DNA of 64,000 nucleotides. Origin: Octopus vulgaris. Lineage: Eukaryota. Where the stretch lies: the NCBI GenBank assembly GCA_951406725.2, contig OX597814.1, positions 86,366,001-86,430,000 on the forward strand, in the 5' to 3' direction. Below, piece by piece: positions 13,626 to 25,035 of this stretch. The number at the start of each line of letters is the position of its first letter. Within the stretch, counting starts at the first letter, position 1. Made by a program: the position numbers and the translations under genes. The notes beneath the pieces are model-generated. The model was not told the DNA's origin and did not search any database. It saw only the letters and a program-made list of their open reading frames with translations.

Positions 13626-14242
13626 ACCTAGATACTACACTAACTCTAAAACATCCTCTGATTGTGTCATACAAATTTTGTCTTGCTTAACAGCAGAAAA
13701 ATACAATCATTGAGCATATCAAGAAAACATTTATACATAGCACTCTCCTTAACCCTTCAGCATTCATTTATTCTGTCAAAAGTAATGCTTGTTTCTTCAC
13801 ATTGTTTTGATTTAATTATGCATTATCTCATAGCTTTGAGATTACAATGGTGTGGTTATTTATTTTTAGAATGACCTTGTAGGATAGGTGTGAAAGGCTG
13901 GATATAGCCAGTTTGAACCTGGCTATAGCCTGAGGCCATAGCAGAAGACACTTGCCCAAGATACTATGGCAGTGTAACTGAACCCAGAGCCATGTGGTTG
14001 AGAGGCAAGCTTCTTACCACGCAGCCACACCTGCACCTATATATTGACTCCTCTCTCCTTTTTCCATCACTACTACTGTGGCCTCTGCTCCTCAGAGCTA
14101 GCTGGTATCTTGCTGTTTCCACTCAACCACTTTCAACTCACTTTCCTGTCCTCTTTTCATCAACAGTATTGTATCCACCTTCCCACATCCCAGGATGTAC
14201 TAACCACTAAGCAAAGAACTCCCCCCACCCAACATGTTTTCC

Positions 14243-14436
<194 letters not shown>

Positions 14437-15559
14437 TATCCATTGATTACCATCTGTTCAAGAGGAAGCATTAATTAACTGAATCCATCTTCACAGTCTC
14501 AGAGGGCTTGTGAAAGCCTTCAGTACTGCCTCTTCCTTCAGACAAAAACCAGTTAAAAATATATATATATAACTACTATGTACATAATATAGTTGTTTGT
14601 GGAGTATAGATAATGTGTAAGCATGATGCATTATCACATTTTGCGTACCTACAAATATCATACACACTACTATAACCAGCAATCTGAACCAGTATATATA
14701 TAACCAACACACAATATAGCAACCATTTAACTATTACTCTCTACAACTGCCTAACCAGCACAGTATATAATTTGCTAACAAACCATATCCTCCAAAGTTC
14801 AACCCAATAAGTATTTAATTTGACAACAAGCTAACCAATACACATTACTGAAACTTAACCTACACTAAAATATATATATTAGCAACAGAAGCAGTATTAT
14901 TACTGAGAGGTAATATTTATCTCCACTTAAACATGGATCTGCATTAAGGAGGATGTTCAGTATTCGATACTGCTTCTGTTACTAATATATATTTTTTAAC
15001 AAACTCACTGGCTAATCATGACACTAGTGCCTGTTCTGGCACTGCTATTATATATATATTGCTGGCAGGAAGATGAATCGCTGCTACCTCTAGCGGTCAA
15101 GCGTTCATCCTTGACAAGACCAAAGAAGGTTGAATCATGCGATCTAGTGGTTTCAGCACTGGAGATAGCAGGGATTTATCACCCCACTAGTAATATATAC
15201 AGGAGTGCATTTTGCACCAAAAGCCAATGTGAGAGGTTTCTCTCAAGGTAACAACTGCAGTATAGTTTGTTCTAACAGAACATCCATGTTTCAGTGGGGA
15301 CAAATTTTAACCTACACTGTCTACCAGAATTAAACCCAACATTCTCTGCTAAGCAGTAAACCAAGTGTCAACTCCCCTATCCTAATCTTCTAAATTAGCT
15401 AACAATGACTGAGATCTTAACTTGAATTCCAGAATGTTCCATTTCCAAATTTGCCAGTTGGGCTCCAATGAACTTTTACCCAGAAGCCATACTCCACTGA
15501 GATAGATAAGTTATTATATACAATCAGTTATTTTTCTGTTCTGTTTTCAAACACACAGC

Positions 15560-15621
<62 letters not shown>

Positions 15622-15704
15622 CATACACATATACACACACATATATACACACACATACATACACACACACATATTTACACACATACATACACACACACAT
15701 ATTT

Positions 15705-15746
<42 letters not shown>

Positions 15747-17462
15747 GCACACACACGCACATACATACATACATACATACACCCACACACAAACCCAGGC
15801 CTATTGTTATACACCCCACTGATATTTACTGATCAACCAACCTATCAACCAAACCAGATTCCACTAACTCCTAAACCTCTGCTATACCACCATCACTATC
15901 ACATCTATCTTTCCCTCTCCCTCTCTTCCAGACCCCTACCCAAGCAACCACCACACTATCTCCAATGTATATCACCCACCACCCTCACCACAAATTCTAC
16001 CACAAATCCCACCACCACCCACTGCTACCAACTACCATCACCCCACCACCACCATTATTAGAATTACTACCTCTGCAACTACTACCACCACCACTCCACC
16101 ACAACCAAGCCCCTACAACTACCTCTACTGTTACTACGACCACCACTCTCTGAACCTCATGTACAGATGTTTCCATACCAAAAGAATCACCGATCAACAT
16201 TAACATGGTCTCCAGAGAATTTTAAAAGGAAACAATTTCCCTGAATAATTTTTTTGTGTAATTTTTCTTGTATATTTTTGAATTGCCTCCCTTTTGTCAC
16301 ACAAATTGGGTTTTTTTCCTAAATGTTTCCTTTTTGTTTTCATATATTTTTGCTTCTTTATTTCATTTTATTATTATACTTTTTGTTTTAGCTGCCAAGT
16401 GTCAGTGTTTTGAGATTTAGCTTAGCACAGCAATCAGCTAAGCAGCATGCAGCTGTACTCCATCCATACTACAAGAAGTACTTGTGGCAGAACAGAGGCA
16501 GAGACAGACAGACAGACAGTGTGTGTGTGTGTGTGTGTGCATACATGCACATGTGTGTTTACCTGTCCAGTAAGGGAAGAACTATATAGAAGATTCCCAA
16601 TCCACAATGCTCACCCACGATGAACAGAGTGATGCAAATAACAATGCAATTGCATGGCGCAATAAGTGATGCCAACCACACAACACCAAATGCCTTCAGC
16701 AATAACAACAACCATAAGAACAATAACAGTACCACCATCAATTCCACCAACAACAACACCAAGAACACCACCACCACCACTACTGTAATCATTGGTTACA
16801 ATGATAAGTGATGCCACACGACAACATCTCAACAACAAATCTTTCACACAGACAAAATGTGTGTATGTGTGTGTGTGTAAACAGAACAAAAATATTTAGT
16901 GATAGAAAACTAATTAGCACTAAAGAGAGGGTAATGAATGCAGGAGAAGGAAGTGTAGGGGATAACAGAGACTGTAAATTGAATTGAGGGGAAATGATAA
17001 CAACAAAGTATCGTTTAACTGTATTTGAAAAACAAATAAAAAAACCTCCAATACAACAACAAGCACAATTTGCCCAGCTCCCACTACCACCACAAGTCCC
17101 TTGAAACTAGTAGGGGTTTGAAGCAAAAATAACAAGGAAATTCTTTTTTCCACCCGCTCCTACCACCTTCAACCCACCCATACTGCTATGCCTCCACTAA
17201 ATCCAACTATAATCATCATTATTTTAATGTACACTTTTCCATGTTTGCGTGGGTTGGACAGTTTATTTGAGGTACATTTTTCTATGGACAGATGCCCTTC
17301 CTGTCACCAATCCTTGCCTGTTTCCAAGCAAGATTACATTTCCCCAGGCATGTTCTCGCAGGATATTGGAAATGAATGACTCTGCTTGTACAACAGTGAC
17401 AATCACTTTCAACTATCATGTGATGTCAAGACAAGGAGATACAGACATGTATATATATATGT

Positions 17463-19273
17463 CGTCAAGATCAACCTTCGCATATTCGCCGTGTCAGGCC
17501 AAAAACGAAATGTTCCCAAGATAAGGAAATTTTTCTAATCTAATTCATCCGTAATCTGTACCAGTAATATTCTCATGCAAATTTGTCTGATCTCTAGTGG
17601 TTAAGCTGTTTATTATTATTATTATTAGCATTATCCCTTTAATCCCCAGTCGACAATTTGTTTATTATTATTATTATTATTTTCAGCTTCGCCTCGTATT
17701 GCATATTCTGTATAATTTATTAGTTATTGTTGACCTCGGTTTCCGGCCTCGTGTCTCGCTAAATACAGAATAGATATTTAAGTTTCTCCATACAGGGGTT
17801 TTTTTCAATGGCAGCCGATTTTCGCGGGGTTCCACTATTCCCTTCTCTCTCTCCCTCCTTTACGTTGTCTGCCCTCCCCCCTCTTCCTTTCCCCCTTCCA
17901 TTGCTAAGAGCATTTTTAAGCCAGCCCGTCAAGTTCAACCTTCGCATATTCGCCGTGTCAGGCCGAAAACGAAATGTTCCCAAGATAAGGAAATCTTTCT
18001 AATCTAATTCATCCCGTAATCTGTACCAGTAATATTCTCATGCAAATTTGTCTGATCTCTAGTGGTTAAGCTGTTTATTACTATTATTATTAGTATTAGT
18101 ATTATCCCTTTAATCCCCAGTCGACAATTTGTTTATTATTATTATTTTCAGCTTCGCCTCGTATTGCATATTATGTATAATTTATTAGTTATTGTTGACC
18201 ATCGGTTTCTGGCCTCGTGTCTCGCTAAATACAGAATAGATATTTAAGTTTCTCCATACAGGGGTTTTTTTCAATGGCGGCCGATTTTCGCGGGGTTCCA
18301 CTATTCCCTTCTCTCTCTCCCTCCTTTACGTTGTCTGCCCTCCCCCCTCTTCCTTTCCCCCTTCCATTGCTAAGAGCATTTTTAAGCCAGCCCGTCAAGT
18401 TCAACCTTCGCGTATTCACGCCCCGCATTTTTAAGCCAGCCCGTCAAGTTCAACCTTCGCGTATTCGCGCCCCGCATTTTTAAGCCAGCCTGTCAAGTTC
18501 AACCTTCGCGTATTCGCGGTGCACCCGCCCTTGCCCACCCCCACCCCCACCACCAATACCGGATATCTCTATATTTTTGCTCCATCTATACCGGATGTCG
18601 CTTCTCCCACCACCATTATAGGTGTCTACTCTTCGAACCCCCTCTTCAATACGCTATTTCACCATGCATTACCCCTCTCGTGATATCCTACGTTCTACTT
18701 GTCTAGAACCTGTCATCGTTTCTCCGAACACCCCTCCCCACTGGTGCTCCCCTATATTTCTGCACCCTCCCCCCACATAAAAAGCACCATCCGAACGTGG
18801 CCGATGCCAGCACCGCCCCGACTGGCTTCTGTGCAGGTGGCACGTAAAAAGCACCAACTGACCGTGGCCGATGCCAGACCCCTCTGGCACCTGTGCAGGT
18901 GGCACGTAAAAAGCACCCACTACACTCGCGGAGTGGTTGGCGTTAGGAAGGGCATCCAGCTGTAGAAACACTGCCAGACCAGACTGGAGCCTGGGGCAGC
19001 CCCTGGCTCCCCAGACCCCGGTCGAAACCGTCCAACCCGTGCAGGTGGCACGTAAAAAGCACCAACTGACCGTGGCCGATGCCAGACCCCTCTGGCACCT
19101 GTGCAGGTGGCACGTAAAAGCACCCACTACACTCGCGGAGTGGTTGGCGTTAGGAAGGGCATCCAGCTGTAGAAACACTGCCAGACCAGACTGGAGCCTG
19201 GGGCAGCCCCTGGCTCCCCAGACCCCGGTCGAAACCGTCCAACCCGTGCTAGCGCGGAAGACGGACGTTAAAC
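17463..19273 (+). mobile_element. Composite non-autonomous retroposon, copy 1: two ~465-bp monomers, 49-bp sub-repeats, ~260-bp linker, RTE-type 3' tail with a 208-bp internal duplication
   Basis: Anchor cgtcaag at 17463, 17927, 18393 and 18442 (tgtcaag at 18491); linker ~18520-18775; tail ends acggacgttaaac; flanked by (TA)n; homologous to 59727-61250 in the opposite orientation. Confidence 0.85.
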
Positions 19274-19342
19274 ATATATATATATATATATATACACATA
19301 AATAATTTACATATAAATTTATAATACATAAATATCATATAT

Positions 19343-20015
19343 ATCATCATCATCATTTAACGTCCGTTGCCCATGCTGGCATGGATTGGATGGTTTCACT
19401 GAGCTTAGTACACTGGAAGGCTGCACCAGACTCCAGTCTGATTTGGCATGGTTTTCTACAGCTGGATGCCCTTCCTAACACCATCTTGAGAGTGTAATGG
19501 GTGCTTTTAGGTGCCACCAGCATGGGTGCCATTTGCATGACACTGGAGTGCATTTATGTGCCACTGGTATCTGCCACTAATGCGATTTTGCTCAGCTTGA
19601 TGGGTCTTCTTCTCAAGCACAACATAATGCCAAAGGTCTCAGTCATTGCCTTCGTGAGGCCCAACACTTGAAAGGAACTCAGCCACTTTGCCTCCATGAA
19701 GCCCAATGTTCAATGATGTTATGTGCCACTAGCCCAGATGCACTTGGCTTGACAGGTCCTCTAAGCACAGCACATTGCCTAAGGTCTCAGTCAAAGATCG
19801 AAGATCATGCTTCACCACCTCGTCCTATGTCTTCCTGGGTCTACCTCTACCACAGGTTCCCTCCACAGATAGATCAGCACTTCGACCATACCAATGCAGT
19901 CATCTCTCTTGCACACATCTGATTCCTCTTATGCCTAACTTTTCTCTCAAGATGCTTACACTCTGTCAAACATGCACACTGACATTGCACATCCAGCAAA
20001 GCATACTGGCTTCTT
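19343..20015 (-). mobile_element. RTE LINE 3' fragment, same family as 56600-57581
   Basis: Reverse-complement similarity (gattcctctt...tttctctcaagatgcttacactctgtcaaac; tail catcatttaacgtcc). Confidence 0.85.
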
Positions 20016-20036
20016 CATTTCTTTATGAATATATAT

Positions 20037-20580
20037 CATCATCATCATGATCATCATCGTTTAACGTCCGTTCTCCATGCTAGCATGGGTTGGACGGTTC
20101 GACCGGGGATCTGGGAAACCAGAAGGCTGCACCAGGCTCCAGTCTTATCTGGCAAAGTTTCTACAGCTGGATGCCCTTCGGGTGCTTTTTACGTGCCACC
20201 TGCACTGGTGCCAGGCGAGGCTGGCATCGGCCACGGTCGGATTGGTGCATTTTATGGAAGCCAGTCAAGGCGGCACTGGCTTCGGCTACGATTCGGATGG
20301 TGCTTTTTACGTGCCACCGACATGGAAGCCAGTCGAGGCGGCGCTGGCATCGGCCACAATTCGGATGGTGCATTTTATGGAAGCCAGTCGAGGCGGCACT
20401 GGCTTCGGCTACGATTCGGATGGTGCTTTTTACGTGCCACCGACACGGAAGCCAGTCGAGGCGGCGCTGGCATCGGCCACAATTCGGATAGTACTTTTTA
20501 CGTACCTCCAGTCCCAGGGCCCTGGCATCTGCCAGTCATAGGATTGGTTCAATTTCGATTTCACTTGGCGGATGAGGTTC
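20037..20580 (-). mobile_element. RTE 3' UTR-type element with an internal tandem duplication
   Basis: (cat)n tail and ttctacagctggatgcccttc core; duplicated ggtgcattttatggaagccagtc units. Confidence 0.75.
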
Positions 20581-20583
20581 GAG

Positions 20584-20589
<6 letters not shown>

Positions 20590-20633
<44 letters not shown>

Positions 20634-20684
20634 TACATGACTTTATATATATATATATATATATATAAATATGCATACATACAT

Positions 20685-20738
<54 letters not shown>

Positions 20739-20743
20739 TACAT

Positions 20744-20791
<48 letters not shown>

Positions 20792-20806
20792 GACATATAC
20801 ATACAT

Positions 20807-20845
<39 letters not shown>

Positions 20846-20859
20846 GCATACATACATGA

Positions 20860-20895
<36 letters not shown>

Positions 20896-20912
20896 TGCAT
20901 ACATACATGACT

Positions 20913-20946
<34 letters not shown>

Positions 20947-21070
20947 TAATATGCATACATACATGACTTATATATATATATATGTATATATATATAAATA
21001 TAAATATGCATACATACATGACTTATATATATATATATGTATATATATATAAATATGCATACATACATGA

Positions 21071-21132
<62 letters not shown>
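20590..21132. repeat. Compound minisatellite: (TA)n plus aatatgcatacatacatgact unit
   Basis: catacatgac recurs more than ten times, separated by variable (TA)n; resumes at 21627-21770. Confidence 0.9.
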
Positions 21133-21623
21133 CATAAATGAGGGTAAAATTTGTACTGTCTCCCTGGTTTCTATGTGCTAGGCCACTTGGTGTTAAACTG
21201 ACGGTATTATTAAATTAATATCTAATTTTTCACCCTCATTTATGAATATATAAAATAAGTATACTGCAGCAAATATTGTATGCGGTATTGTTTTCCACGG
21301 AGTCTTAGCATGCTTTCGGCGGGAAGCTAAACCACAACTATGTATGCAATAGATCAGACCGCATGTGTATTTCATCGCCCGTGTGGGTCTGATAAATTGT
21401 ATCGAGGACAAATACTGCTGATGAATTATAGACAAATATGTGAGTATAATTACATACTATGTTGATAAGGAAACAATTGTTCAGTATTAATCTATCTTTT
21501 GTTGTATTTCACTTCCCTTACGTTGAGGGTAATGCTGTTTCTGCTGTGGAAAAAATCTTCGTTGGCTATACCAGAATAAGGAGCTATTTCTAGCACTAGA
21601 GTTAGCCACTTATCGTTAACTCT

Positions 21624-21626
<3 letters not shown>
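21133..21626 (+). mobile_element. Non-coding hammerhead-bearing element (Penelope pseudo-LTR or retrozyme-like) inserted in (TA)n
   Basis: Sharp (TA)n boundaries on both sides, CpGs retained, terminal 13-bp inverted repeat 21133-45/21232-44, hairpin 21353-93, hammerhead 21411-88. Confidence 0.6.
21411..21488 (+). ncRNA. Type I hammerhead ribozyme with palindromic stem III and long stem II
   Basis: Perfect 7-bp stem I aatactg/cagtatt; CTGATGA 21418-24; GAAA 21470-73; CAATTG palindrome; GTT cleavage triplet; stem II base is an A.G mismatch. Confidence 0.72.
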
Positions 21627-21673
<47 letters not shown>

Positions 21674-22557
21674 TACATGACTATATATATATATATATAT
21701 ATATGTACATACATGACTATATATATATATGTATATAAATGACTTTATATATATAAATATATAAATGACTAAATTGCCTATTTAAATGAAATGTATTAAA
21801 TAATTGCCATGACTGTATTGATAAATAAAATAACACATACAACTCATTTATTAATTGTCATATAATAAACAGACAGAAGTTCGTATGAAATCCATCTTTT
21901 TTCTACTTCAATTATTACAGGTTTTTCTCTTATAAAATTACACACATTCAGAAGGAGTAAATCTGATTTGTAGTGGTAGTCTTACCCTGGTTCAGATTCA
22001 AAAAATATTTTGTAGGAGCATCACATGTGGGAGCAAAAGCAAATCGTTGTTTATAAAGAAATATTCACTCTTAATACATGACTACTTCAATAATTTAATT
22101 TGCCATTACTACCATTACATTCATGAATGAAATTGATCTTTTTTCTTCTTCAATTATTACATATTCCTCTCTTGTAAAAATACACACACACAGGAGGAGT
22201 AAATTATATATAATAACACTTTGAATGTGGCTCCAAACAAACAGTAAAAGTAATTACCCAATCAACGACAGGTATAACTCGCTGTGTGTGTCAAAAGGAA
22301 AAGTACGGTTATATATATATATATATGAATTATAACACATAAATAGCTCATAGCTCATTCAGTAAAGCATGAGACCTATCTTAGGGTTATTGGTTCAAAC
22401 CCCATGTTGGGCGCATGCTTTTTATTTAAGGCAGTACTCCAGCATGGCTGCAATCAAACAACTGAAAAGAGTAAAAGAATCTATGTATGTGTGTGTATAT
22501 ATATATATACACACACATTATATGTATGTGCGCGTGTGTATGCATACACACACACAT

Positions 22558-22848
22558 GAAGGCGCATGGCTTAGTGGTTAGGGCATTTGGCTGATGATCG
22601 TAAAGTTGTGAGTTCAATTCCCAGTGATGCACTGTGTCCTTGAACAAGACACTTTATTTCACATTACTCCAGTCCACTCAGTTGGCAATAGTGAGTAGTA
22701 CCTGAATTTCCAAGAGCCAGCCTTGTCACACTCTCTATCATGCTGAATCTCCCTGAGAACTACAATAAGGGTACACACATCTGTGAGCAAGTTGTTCCGT
22801 TGATCGTATCAACTGGGACCCTCGTCATCATAACTGACGGAGTGCTCT
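22558..22848 (+). mobile_element. tRNA-derived SINE family C
   Basis: A box tggcttagtgg, B box gagttcaattc, tgtgtccttgaacaagacacttta domain; second copy at 35401-35712; related head at ~46580-46710. Confidence 0.8.
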
Positions 22849-22879
22849 ATCATATATATATATATGTATATATATATAT

Positions 22880-23100
22880 AACAATTGCAGCGTGGAAGGT
22901 GCTGCACGGATTTTTGTCAGTGAACAGGTCGCGGATTTTAGCGACGAAAATATTTTGACAAATTAAACTTAAATGTTGAAGTGAATCAAACGGCTTTTGT
23001 GTGTTTCTTAAATGGCTTATAAACACCTTCCACGCTGCAATTGTTTTCGTTTCAGCACACGATCTCAGATCAAATTACTTGCTATGCGAGTACATCTCCG

Positions 23101-23103
<3 letters not shown>
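22880..23103. mobile_element. Young MITE-like fold-back element in (TA)n, left arm probably truncated
   Basis: Perfect 22-bp inverted repeat 22880-22901/23024-23045; CpG-rich; (TA)n on both sides. Confidence 0.6.
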
Positions 23104-23140
<37 letters not shown>

Positions 23141-23618
23141 CACATATGTGTGTGGGTGTATATGAAAATGATGTCAAACATGTACATAATGATATTCAAT
23201 GCATATGCATTTAACACATACATGTCAGATAACTGTGTAATACATTAAAAGGGAAGTTCATCTCTTACGCAAAATCTTCTTGAAACATATTAAATGCATT
23301 CAAAATACCATTACTTGGTCTGACTTCATTTCTATAAACTATACGACTCTGTGCCCTGTACAAACTAGCCAGTAACTAAATCCATTCACACAGATACTAT
23401 TACAAGGGTTTGGAGTGGCTTGTTCTATTTGACTTGAGTCAGAAATTCTGGTATTGTGCATCGCTTCTAAGCTTAATACAAATTATATTTATTGTTACAC
23501 ATATATATATATATAGTTATACTTGGGGATGGTTATATCTTGTTGATTAAACACATGCACTATATATTTAGTCTTCTCTACAGCCTTATTATTAATATTA
23601 TTATCATCTTAGTTTCTT

Positions 23619-23663
23619 AGTCAAAGCTCTTTTGTCACACATCCTGTGACTTCATCAGCAACT
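23619..23663 (-). ncRNA. Minimal type I hammerhead ribozyme with one core substitution (GAAA to AAAA)
   Basis: Minus strand reads agttg CTGATGA a gtcaca ggatg tgtgac AAAA gagc TT tgact; lies in a ~200-bp insert flanked by (TA)n. Confidence 0.6.
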
Positions 23664-23817
23664 TTCTATCCCATGTGTTACCTCTTATTCTGCTTCGGCC
23701 ATTTACATTTATTCATTTATATATATAGATAGATAGATAAGGAAAGAGATAACAAAGGAATAAACAATTATCTTATGAACCCCATTAGCTTACAGCTGAT
23801 TATTATTATTATTTAAA

Positions 23818-24268
23818 AGGCAGTGAGTTGGCAATTAGCATGCCAGGTGAAATGCTTAGAGACATTTTGTCTGTCTTCATGTTCTGAGTTCAAATTCTGC
23901 TAAGGTCGACTTTGCCTTTCATCCTTTCAGAGTTGATAAATTAAGTACCAGTTGCATATTGGGGTCAATCTAATCGACTGCTCCCCTCCCACAAAATCTC
24001 AGGCCCTGCAGCTATAGTAGAAAGGATTGATTATTATTATTATTATTATAATTAAGACAGTAAAATGGCAGAATCGTTAGTAACCCAGGTGAAATACTTA
24101 GCAGCATTTCATCCGTCTTTACATTCTGAGTTCAAAATTCTGCTGAAGTCAACTTTGCCTTTCATCCTTTTGGTACCAAAAAATACCAGTGAAACACTGG
24201 GGCCAATGTAATCGACTAGACCCCACAAAAAAAAAATTGGGGACCTTGTACTTTTAGTAGAAAGGATT
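23818..24268 (+). mobile_element. Two adjacent head-to-tail SINE family B copies with (ATT)n tails
   Basis: Both carry gttcaaattctgct.aggtc.actttgcctttcatccttt and end in gtagaaaggatt plus (att)n. Confidence 0.8.
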
Positions 24269-24480
24269 ATTATTATTATTATTATTATTATTATCATTAT
24301 TATTATTTCAAATGTCACTGAGGTTAACCTCGCCTCTCAACATGCGGTAGGCTCATATTTGAATGCCTGAGTAACAGCTTAGTTTCATTAGCATCTCAAA
24401 TATGAAGTGCAGTTTATTTGAGAAAATATATACATTTTAATATATACACAGAAAAGCATTACCATTGCCAATGAGAAAGC

Positions 24481-24517
<37 letters not shown>

Positions 24518-24676
24518 TACCTAAGGACTTATGGACTAACATCTACACAATTGGTAGGTTGAACTGAACTTTTATGCTTCTTTTTTCTTCTCTTTTTCTT
24601 CATCACCTTATTCCTTTTCTCCTGTCCTCTATGTTGTCGTTTCATTAATCTATACCCTTCTCATTTTCCCCAATTC

Positions 24677-24732
24677 GTCTCAAATGATGGAATATCTCAT
24701 ACTCTAGGATATCCCAGAAACAGCTGTAAGAC
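24677..24732 (+). ncRNA. Degenerate type I hammerhead ribozyme
   Basis: gtct CAAATGA tggaatatc...gatatccca GAAA cagctg TA agac; stems intact, two substitutions in CTGATGA. Confidence 0.55.
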
Positions 24733-24980
24733 TTTGAATTTTTCCAATAATAATAACGTATATGACTTGAGATGTTTATCCTGCCTTAATGTTTGTTGTC
24801 CTGTTTAACAATTATATATCTACTATAACAGAAATCTACAATGGTTCCATAACTCCCATCTTGGCTATAACCTTGGAACCCTGGTAATCCATTACAACAC
24901 TTAGCCAGCATACCAAGTTGTTCAGATCACCTGTGAATATATTTTATATATATGCACACTCACATATGCACACATACACA

Positions 24981-25035
<55 letters not shown>

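Noticed and set aside
14490-14548. Minus-strand CTGAAGGA...GAGAC hammerhead-like string, and a similar impression at 36530-36640
   Set aside because: Both core boxes deviate and stems I and III cannot be formed convincingly.
17927-18392. Hammerhead or HDV-like ribozyme inside the composite monomer
   Set aside because: By eye, no CTGANGA/GAAA core with stems and no nested double pseudoknot on either strand; an Infernal or RNArobo scan would be needed to exclude it.
17808-18483. Repeated MAADFRGVPLFPSL ORFs in the monomers, and counterparts at 60040-61215
   Set aside because: Frames are not preserved between units because A-run lengths vary; ATGGCGGCC is better explained as a YY1 motif.
18393-18520. 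49-bp repeats resembling a CRISPR array
   Set aside because: Head-to-tail units with no unique spacers, eukaryotic context, no cas genes.
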